Assembly: GCF_902459465.1 (NCBI RefSeq)
Contig: NC_047068.1
Span: 19,406,001-19,470,000, forward strand
Reading direction: 5' to 3'
Origin: Asterias rubens
Taxonomy: Eukaryota
Length of the DNA: 64,000 nucleotides
Shown: positions 54,262-64,000 of the stretch, in pieces
Layout: the number at the start of each line of letters is the position of its first letter
Numbering within the stretch: position 1 is the stretch's first letter
Notes under the pieces: model-generated
Told to the model about the DNA's origin: nothing
The model's database searches: none
Seen by the model: only the letters and a program-made list of their open reading frames with translations
Made by a program: the position numbers and the translations under genes

Positions 54262-57200
54262 TCAAATCTCATAGTTTTCGTTGAGTTTTTCGGGCCGTTC
54301 GCGAATGGTCTTCTTGATGAAGTAGTACGATGGCAGAATAAACAGCGCCCCCATGATCCCTATAACCATAGACAGGCCCATGAAGAGGCGACGGTACAGT
54401 TCAATGTCATAAACCAGACAAGAACCCTTAGAGTCACATACAGACTGCCATAAAGTGCACGACAGATCAACAACAGCAGCGTACACCAATGGACCAACTA
54501 AACCACCTGGAAAACAAAACAAAAACAACGTCGTCATGTTTGCATCAAGACAGGTATTGTGTTTATATGTAACGTCGGATTTAACTGTGAATCTCCAGCA
54601 CCATGAAGGCCATGTGAAATGATGCAAGGTCAAATGTGATTGAGGACGTGAGCTCAACGGCAGAAAAGTGACATAGGGTGTACAGGCTAACTCGAGACCA
54701 GCGTTCTTGTAAACCTCGATCCCAACCCGTGGATGTTGACACCACCCACCCCTCTCAGAGGCGCGCGCGCCGAGTACGATGTGCCTTTATACACTCACAG
54801 CAAACAATCGGCCCGATACACTGACATTGACATTTAGCACAATGGCAATTAACCGGCTCAGACAGTCGCTATAATCATGGAGGAAGAAACTATTTTATTC
54901 CTCCATGCTATAACTCACCCAGTTCATGCCGATGCTGGCTGTTCTGCGTTGGGCCATATGTCACTATTGACTCTTAAATCGGCCCGTTATCCTGGCCACA
55001 TTATGGGCCAATGCTGGCAGAAGGTTGGCCAAATACTTTTTGCACGTTGGGATTTAATCGGCCCATCCCCAGTACAGTTGACATTCATCACCAAGTATAA
55101 GCCCAATAATGTTCATGCCGATGATGGCACTTCTGTATTGGGCCCTCACAGTAAGGGCACTATTGGCCCAGAATCGGCCTGTTATCTGGCAAGTCATACT
55201 CCTTGCACATTGGCATTTAATCAGCCCATAGTACAGTTGCCAGAGTTGTACCCATGTTGTGATATTGATTATCAATTATTCCACATTGTTACATTATTGC
55301 AATCAATATTTATAAAAAAGGCTCGTCAAATAGTATCAACGATTTTGTGGGTAAAGCCAAAAAAAAAAACCCACAAAATTACATTAATGTACTTTGTCAG
55401 TTATAGTTTTTTCCACCATCTTTGTGGCACAGCTTTGACACCCTGCCTTGAAATTTGCATAAATGACCAACGTCGGTTCAATGCCGGCCCAGTGTGCGCC
55501 GTTGCAAAACCAGTATTGGCCAAGCAAATGATTTTTATACCATTTTGCCCAAATGATGTGCCACTGGGCCAATACTGGTTAACCAGTATTGGCCCAGGAT
55601 AAGGTTTTCTATACCATTTTGCCAAAACGGCGTGGCGCTAAAAAAAATGTATTGGCCCATAAAATATTTTCTATAGTGCAGCTACAAAACCAGTATTGGC
55701 CCTATAGAGGTTTTCTACAATTTTGCCAAAATGGTGTGCCGCCAAAGAACAGTAGACATATTTCAGAAAGTAAAACTTTCATTATTAGACAAATTTTAAC
55801 TCGTCAAGTTTGATGAAAACAATAAAAATGCACAAAATATACACAATAAATTAAATTTAAATTAAATTACTTAAAAATGTAATTAAAAAGTCCATCACAA
55901 TAAAGTGTAGTTGTCCATAAACAAAATAAAAAAACAAGAAATAAATGAAGAATACGGCAGTAATTAATACACAATTTTAAAAATACACAATTTAAAAAAA
56001 AAAAGAAAAAAAAAAAGTAGACCTATACCTTTTTGCACAAAATAAAAATAGATTAACAGCATTCAGTTTCTCAAAATGCCGGTACCATCAGGTGAAATAA
56101 CTTGCATGTTATTCCTTTTAAGTATCAAGTCGGTTTAGTAATTAATTTGCTTGTGTTCTTATTACTAATAATACAAATCTCGTGGAAAAAACCCTGTTCC
56201 GACAGTATAGGTCGGAACAGCTAATGACGTGCCTCAGCAACTTACCCACGCCTGTGAAAAAGTGATTTAACCCTAACGCAGAAGTCTTGTCCTCTGGTTC
56301 AACAAACCTTGAGCAGAAGATGGAATAACAAATTATTAATATACAAGCATGTCACTCGAAGATTTGCATAGTGTTGACTAACAGAAATAATCGAGTTTAG
56401 AGCGAAAAACTTGTTGTAAACTTATATAGCGAAGTCTTTTATAGCACACGTATCTACCAAACACGGTATACTCAAGGCGCTGAGTATATGAGTATATATA
56501 AACTTTCAGAAAGTTAGGTTATTGCAGTGATGAATTCTGAGACCCAATTACTTAGCACCTTATAAGGGTTTACAAAGTGTTACGGCGCATACAGCAGCCA
56601 CAGTCAGGAACACCGGTGTGTGCACTGGGTTCTTTTACATGCAATACACAATACATGGGACCAACGGCTTTGCGTCCCAACAGAAACGATGGTTCTAAGA
56701 AGAACCAGAGGTTCTGCCTCGACATTTCAAACATTCTGACCACTGAGTGTTCGAAATGTCGAGTCTTACCTTGTAGAGCTGCTTATACGCACTAAAAGAA
56801 GCTATAGTACATCAAAGTAATGATTATAAACTATATATTTAAATGTAAAAGAATGAAAACACCACTCTTTACATTTCGAGTTGTCCCTCATATGGCTCTT
56901 TAAAAAGAGTGGTGATTATTTCACCTTTTTTTTTTAGAGGGGTTTCACTCCAGGACAGAGTGAAAAATCGCTCAAAAAAGATGCAAACTTCAATCTAAAG
57001 AGTGGAAGACCACTCAAAAAAGAGTTGTCCCTCATGTGGCTCTTCAAAGAGTGCCTTCTAACTATTTTTAACAAGCAGCCAAATCACGTGTAGAATTTGT
57101 GACCGGTGTCCTGCTCATTGTGCTAAGCAGAAGTTTGTTTCTGCTGCTTAAACAGCTCTATGAAATTGGGCCATATATAGTTGGAATAATAATGTGACGT

Positions 57201-60200
57201 CAGTGCAATGGCTCCGAATTGTGATATATTCACCTCAGTAGTAGAATTGTTTGCGGGACACCAGCCATAGTCACCGCCATTGTCTGTATAATCTGTACGA
57301 TGATGAAGGGTACCAGCATGTTGCAGTCGAACTCACACAGCCCTGCCTTTGTGGAATCTATACCCTCCGCTAGACATGAGCAGTTGTGATATGACATCTA
57401 GTGTCAAGAATAAAATCAAGAATCATCGTCATGACTAATCTGAAACATGTTTATTGTGTGTAATTAATTAATTAATTAATTAGTATCGAAGTCTTAAATA
57501 GCGCACGTATCTATCACACAAGGTACTCAAGGCGCTGAGTATACACAAACTTTCAGAAAGATAGGTTATTAATTTTCAGTGATGAATTCCGAGACCAAAT
57601 TATGTAACACCTTGTAAGGGTTCTACGGCAGATACAGCAGCCACAGCCAGGAACACCAGGGCGAACCCCTTCTCTTTTCGATAAGTGCACTTGGTTCTTT
57701 TACATGTGTTACACAACACATGGGACCAACGGCTTTACGTCCCCTCCGAAGGACGAACCAATGGTTAAGTGTCTTGCTGAAGGACAAACGTGTCACGGCG
57801 TTCTTTATAAAAAGAGTAGGCCTACATTCTAAAGTCAAAAATGTCGTTTCTGCTGTGTTTGTTTTACTATCCTCTTAAAACAACATTGCTGTTATATAAA
57901 AGAGGCCTATGGCAAATGACTTTGATATAACGAGAGTCGACTGGGAGCAATTGTATTTGGTTTTGGAAAACCATCTATTTGAGATAATTAACCAATAAAA
58001 TCGCCATAACTATGACTATGTGATAGATATAATCTTATTGTTTGTGCGCAGTCAGTCTCATTAATCTTTTTTTCATTGAATTTTATTTTGGCTTTCCTTC
58101 GACGAAATTAAAGTGAAGCACAATACTGTGGCGCTTTCTAAACCCCACAGGAATCTTTATATACAGCTTATGTATAAACCAGTGGTATAAACTCCTGTTT
58201 TGTGTACAGTATTTTTGGTGTCATTTTTAGATGCTAAGCTTATTTCCTTCAATGTCTTATTGTTATGATATCGTTTGTAATTTTACCATTCGGAAGAGCC
58301 AAGGCAATTTCGATTGTGTACTTAGCGATAAATCAAATATAAATTTAAAATCTACAACGCAACCTAGTCCATCCATGTTAAAATACGTACATCATTAATA
58401 GTATCATTACAACCAGCGAGGCAAGCGGAGATGTATATGATGTCATTAGTTTCGTCACACACCGGCTGGTATGAAGCTGTTGTGCAGCCACAGTTAACGT
58501 TGCAATCGGCAACCAGCGAAATCTCCAAATTGCTGCAATGCAACAATAACAAGGAAAAAGTTAGTGCTCGTAGAAAAATGTTAATCGAAATGGAAAATAC
58601 AAACATTTTGATTTGTGTTTTATTGATGCACTTAATTCAATTTTGACCCAAGTTTCATAGTTGACGCCAGCTTTGTGAGGGTTAATGCATCCGAAAATTA
58701 AAAAATAACTCTATTAATTGGAAAAAATGTATTCTCTTAGGAAAGCGAAAATGCAATTTTTTTGTTGAAAATTATGACCTTTCACCTTTGGCCCAAGTAA
58801 CCATAGTTCACGCCAGCTATATGTGGATTACTGCATCCGAAGAAGATAGAGAAAATGTATCCACCAACAGCCAGCAAGATGCAACCGAACGCAAAGACGA
58901 ACATACTGACGAAGCCTAGTTTAGCCTTACGGACAATGACCCCGCCCAAAATCCATCCTACACCGTATGCAGGCACCAGGGTCACACCTTGATGGGAACA
59001 AGAAATAACTTTGTAAGTCTATAGCAGTAGTAGACTCATTTAGCAAGACAAGTTCTCAAAAGAACATTTATCTACCCAGCAAGTATAAACCAAATAAGAT
59101 ACAATGATTCCCTTACAAAGCAATACACATAGACCGCCATTCTACCTTTCCAGACAGTGAGATCAACAGCAACGCCAACTATTTTTAGATAAAGAAATAG
59201 GTCAACTTGTCTTTTATAGTTGCTCTCACCTAGATAGGAAGACTGCTACTTGAATCTAAGTTTTAGCACCTTCATAAGAAAGTATTGGCGGGATAAATTA
59301 TTATGACATGTCCTGCTATGATTCAGTGATCCGACTCTGTGAAATAAATTGTTGGGACAACTCGACATTTGATCTGACTCAGTATGTCGACTCTATGGCC
59401 CTTTTCTAAACGACTGGATTTGGCTTTGGATTCGGCTCAGGCTAGCTTGGCCCGCGGTTGTTTTGACAATTATTGCGCGTGTTTTGCGTACGCGCCCAGG
59501 GTTTCAGACGAGAGGACGGATCGCCTCGAAGCCGAATCCAAAGCCGAAGCCATGGTTTCGAAAAAAAAGGCATATGAGTATGACAAGTAGACATGTTATA
59601 TGTTTCAGTGAGTCGAATCCGTGTGATGAAAAATTATTACGACAAGCACGGGAAACGTGACATGCTATCTGATTCTATGAGCAGGCAAGTCGACATGTCT
59701 TATCCAGTAAGTCAGCTATGTGAGCAGGACGATTCGACATGTATATTCAAGTCGACTCCGTGATATAAATTATAGATTAGGTCAAACGAGCCTTTAAAGT
59801 TCCTTTTATTCTATGTGTACCAATAAAAAAATATGAGAAATATTCACCTGTCAGAAGATCGGCATTGGATGCATTGACTTCAAACTGCGATTCCAGATAC
59901 TTGGCAAAGAAAGTCGTGAAGCCAAATGAAATGGCGAACTGACAACTCATGCACAACGTAATGGACATAAACACTGGGTTTGTCAACAATCGTTTTGAGG
60001 TCTTCAAGAAACCTGAAGAAAAATATCATATAATCAGTCAAAGTTGTGTGTCCAACTTATTTCCTTCTTTATGGATCCTTGGCCAAACTTTGCAGTGGAA
60101 TACCCCCCCCCCCCCTCTTTTTCGGCATTTAAATTTTGTAGGGTTCTGGTAAACCCAGAAAGTAATTTAAGGAAGTTAATTTTGTGACAAATACTACAGA

Positions 60201-63200
60201 TCTCAATTAGAGACAGTATTAAGTACAACACTGAAATACGAAGGAAAACTTGATTAAGAGACATCCTAAGGACAATAAAACAAACTAAATGGAGACGGGC
60301 TGCATGGACACACTGCCCGAAGAAAAGACAATAGATGGACAACAAGAATAATGGATTGGCAACCAAGGATCTAGGACAGGGAATGGAGAAGAGGTAGACA
60401 GAGAAGAAGAAGGAGAGATGACATCTTACACTGGATGAAAACAGCTTATAAATGGTGATGATGATGAATATGAGATTATATAAGATTTTGTCTCGAAAAG
60501 GATGCTTTCTTACCCCAAACCGGTCCTTCTTCGGTGAATTCGTGATCCAGAACCCGGTCATTAAGGTCACTTCTTGAACCTGCCAAAAAAATAAAAGTTT
60601 GTACATTCTTCTTTGAGATTGCCTGAAACTGAAACTTGCATGCAAATTGTTTGGTGCGATGCGGACCTTATAAGTGCTGTTTATAATATCGTTATCTCCC
60701 ATGGTCTTCTTGACATTTGAATCCAACATTTTGAAAAATTGCGTAAATTTGTTGTTGTGGTACCTTTTTGTTTCATCTCCATATTAGATCCTATTTTCGC
60801 AGATGTTCCTCCTTTCGTTGAACTCCTTTCCAACGAAGCCTGACTTCGTGTTTTTTTCGGAAGCTTGCGAGGAAACCCATATACGGGTAAACTGGCAATA
60901 CAGACGAAGCCACCGCAGATAAGGAGCCCGAGCCACCAAGCTCCTACCCAGGCTGGATGTTCAGGGGACGGCAGGGTGGTTCCGGGCTCGAGACGGTAAA
61001 AATCAACCCAGAGCGTCAAGACGAACGAGCTTAAGAAGTAGCCAATCATGGACCCAACGCCGTACATACTAGACATGATTCCTGCAAGGGTTAGGATGAC
61101 AGTAATGTTCATGGTTGTATTGTTTTACGAGTACAAAGGGAAGGACATAATCTTAGATTTTTTGTTGAAGATCAACTTGAACGAATTATGAATCTGAATC
61201 TGAATTATATACTCGGCAAAGCATCATAACGGAAACATCAAACAAACGACTTTGAAGAAATTTCAGTTTAAAGGCAGTGGACACTATAGGTATTTACTCA
61301 AAATAAGTTTCAGCATAAAACCTCACTTGGTAACGGCAAATGGGGAGAATTGATAGTATAAAACATTGTTAGAAACGGCTCCCTCTGAAGTGACGTAGTT
61401 TTCGAGAAAGTAATTTTCAACGAGTTTGATTTTGAGACCTCAAGTTTAGAATTTGAGGTCTCGAAATCAAGCATATGAAAGCACACAAATTCATGTGACA
61501 AGGATGGTGTTTTTTTCCCCATATTTTTATCTCGCAACTCTGACGACCAATCGAGCTAAGAATTTTCAAAGATTTGTTATTTTATGCATATGTTGAGATA
61601 CACCAAGTGAGAAGACTGGTCGTTGACAATTACCAATAGTGTCCAGTGTCTTTAAGACTTGGTAGGAAAATCCTTTATGGGGCTCCAGGAAAAACCCACA
61701 CAGCCAGTAAGGGACTGACATTGTTTTGCTCAAGCAGCTCTATGGAATTGGGCCCCGTGCCTCAGCAAAATGCGTAAATCACCACGTCACAAATCACATT
61801 TTGAATATAGCTACCTGCAAACAATGCTGTTGTTTCTGTTTTGCAGTTGTCGTCAATGTAGGACAGGGCGATCGCTGGTATACACGCGTAGCCAACGCCC
61901 CATACGACAGAACCAATGTTCAACACCCAGAATGCTACATCGTTTTGTGCATTGACTGCGTCTGACTTATGGCATTGGTCATCCTGTGTGTCATTCATGC
62001 ACACTATGCTCTCTGTCTATGGATGGTATCATAATAGTTATGATGGGTTATTTTGTTAACAAGAAAACAAAGTGTTTAGTTTCATATGTTAGAACAACAC
62101 TCCACTAACTTTTTGTGTTGAAAATTTTATGCAGTACACATGTATATTAATCACAAGAACCATCTCTCTTCCCTCACAGATACCAATTTACCCCTGGGTA
62201 TTAAAGTAAACCATCTGTAATCAAGTGTCTTGCTCAAGGACACAAGTGTCATGACCTGGATTCGAACCCACAACCTGTTGTCTGTAGCCCCCAGAACTTG
62301 AATTTGATGCTTTTTAAACCAATCGGTCTTGACTACAGCCACAGCCGCTGATTCGGACACGGCATATGTCTGCTTAAACTATTTATGTGAGGTGACTCTA
62401 TTTTAGTTTTCTAGTTAATTAGAAAAATCACTTTAGAAACACATGTTATTGTTAGCTGAGCAATCTGACGTTGTACTCGATAATGTTGCATGCACTAGAG
62501 TATATATGCCTATATTGTCTATAAATATTGCAAAAATAATTATAAAAATGTCACGAACCGTCGTTTGCCAACGAATACGAAACTAGATAAACTATACAAC
62601 AGGTGCTGTTTCTATTGAGAAATCCAATTAATTGAAACTGTAACATAACCAAAAATATGGGGAAACAGTTTAAAATTATCGTCCATTATTCTTAACAGAG
62701 ACTTTGGTTTAAGAATAATCAGTTAGGACGCAGTTGTCATTGAAATTAACAAAGTCGTTGCCCCGTATTGATATTACGTTTGCCTGTGACGAGGTGCATT
62801 TCGTGACAGTGCACACAATTATGATCTGCTAATCTTAGCCATTGACCTTTCGATAGGTTTTCCCGATTGTAACCTTTGATTTTCTCCTTCAGTGATTAGT
62901 GGTTTATTCGACACCCCCCCCTATTTAATTACAATTTGTAGTATTTTTAAATGTAAAATTGTTGTAATTCAACCATTCAGTTGCGAGGACAGTTTTTTAA
63001 TAAACCAATATCTATCTATCTATATATCTATACTAATGTGTTAGGCTTTTTTGCTTGACTTTTTAAATCTAAGAAGAAAACAAATCATAACCCCTTACCT
63101 TTCCATCAACGATGTCCAGTTTGTCAAATAAGAACTGCGGCAGACCACTCATGAATATACCAATACCCATCACCAGGATTCCATTGGCGATCCAAATTGG

Positions 63201-63914
63201 CCGTTTAGCTTTTGGTCGCCCAGCAAAGTACGACACAAAGGGCAGTGCGACTATGTTCCCAATACTGTATGTCATTACAATGAAGGCTAGGTTGGATGCA
63301 GTGAGACGGAATCGTGATTCTATGGTGGTTGTGATGCCGCTGAAGGCACCCACTGCAACTGCATCACCGAAGAGCCCAAGACAAACACAGACTAGAAAGA
63401 AGATTGGAGACAGGAAGAAAGGTTGGAGCCACTTCGGTATAAAGGAGCAGATGTTAGAACCGTCGTCGTATTCTGGTAGATCTTCGTCACTTATGTTGAG
63501 AGGTACATCTTCAATCTCTTCGGATGTGTCTGCCTCGTTTAGCAGAACCTCTTCAAAAGCCTCTTGAATCAGCACCTCTTTGGGTGCATCTGCCTCCCGC
63601 ATTGGAACCTCTTGATTGACGTCTGCCTCCCGCATTGGTGCCTCTCCGGATGCGTCTGCCTCCCGCACTGGTGGTAGGCCTACCTGTTTATAGGCGTCTG
63701 CCTCACGCATTGGTGTCCCTTCGGGCGCGTCCACCTCGCCAATAGTCAACTCTTTGGCAGAGGCAGCAGCGTTTACCACTCTTTTAGTGCTGTCTGTAAT
63801 GTTTTCATTTGACATTATGGAATCACAGCTGCTGTCACTACTAGTTAAATATAGTTTGAGTGACGTGACATCAGGACCAATACGGCGTGTTGAGTTCCAT
63901 TTATTTGAGGCCAT
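54262..63914 (-). CDS. SLCO: Organic anion transporting polypeptide (OATP/SLCO family), about 760-793 aa
   Basis: Ten phase-compatible exons: 63914 or 63815 to 63099, 62016-61815, 61081-60764, 60579-60514, 60012-59848, 58987-58786, 58532-58391 (Kazal-like CNVNCGC..YQPVC..SACLAGC), 57397-57234, 56307-56246 and 54506-54262. Motifs TTIESRF, YIDDN, WVGAWWLG, LLTNP and C..W...C...GSC..YD. Confidence 0.93.
54900..55750. repeat. Complex GGGCCAAT/ATTGGCCC-rich repeat with a 34-bp perfect palindrome
   Basis: Many (C)AGTATTGGCCC / TTGGCCCA units in both orientations; palindrome at 55564-55597. Confidence 0.6.
59392..59575. mobile_element. MITE with GGCCCTTTTC..GGCTTTGGATTCGGC termini
   Basis: TGGCTTTGGATTCGGCT pairs imperfectly with AGCCGAATCCAAAGCCG; a partial copy lies at about 1570-1668. 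Confidence 0.6.
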
Positions 63915-64000
63915 GTGTATCGAAGGGTCTAACACTGCTGCAAAGCTGTGTTAACTGCAACAAGTAGCTATTGGATTGGCCCTCACGTTTTCCCTGCACG

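Noticed and set aside
54877-55602. 241-aa plus-strand ORF
   Set aside because: It lies in the GGCC-rich repeat array inside an SLCO intron, antisense to the gene, and shows no recognisable motif.
60034-60729. 231-aa minus-strand ORF that looks like a hydrophobic SLCO segment
   Set aside because: It is mostly intronic. The real path uses the donor at 60763, the 66-nt exon 60579-60514 in another frame and the acceptor at 60012.
1-64000. CRISPR arrays, rRNA, or prokaryotic/viral operons
   Set aside because: None were seen. All regular repeats are coding tandem repeats, microsatellites or transposon-derived, and the genes have spliceosomal introns.

Overview
AT-rich eukaryotic genomic DNA from an invertebrate deuterostome, most likely an echinoderm (sea-star-like). 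That assignment is inferred from the repeat families and intron structures. I rebuilt multi-exon genes by hand from GT-AG sites and reading-frame phase. From left to right they are: (1) the 5' part of an unconventional myosin (minus strand, runs off the left edge); (2) a single-exon RING-finger protein with a 108-bp-repeat Gln-rich tail that carries a 1-nt frameshift; (3) a Tigger/pogo transposon with one nonsense codon, nested inside a Kolobok-type MITE; (4) a five-exon gene encoding a ~660-aa RING - Gln/Pro/Tyr-rich linker - B-box1 - galectin CRD fusion; (5) a delta-9 acyl-CoA desaturase; (6) TMEM101; (7) a LITAF-family protein; (8) an OATP/SLCO transporter. Introns and intergenic DNA are dense in TTAA-flanked MITEs, tRNA/Deu-type SINEs, L2 and Penelope-like remnants. 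The main finding is the RING/B-box-galectin fusion, which the ORF track does not show because it needs four splices. It joins a cytosolic glycan-sensing domain, an E3-ligase module and candidate ESCRT-recruiting motifs (PSAP, YPxxL, LPxY) in one chain, so it could be a self-contained sensor of membrane damage or pathogen glycans. No database search or expression data was available, so novelty and splicing remain predictions.
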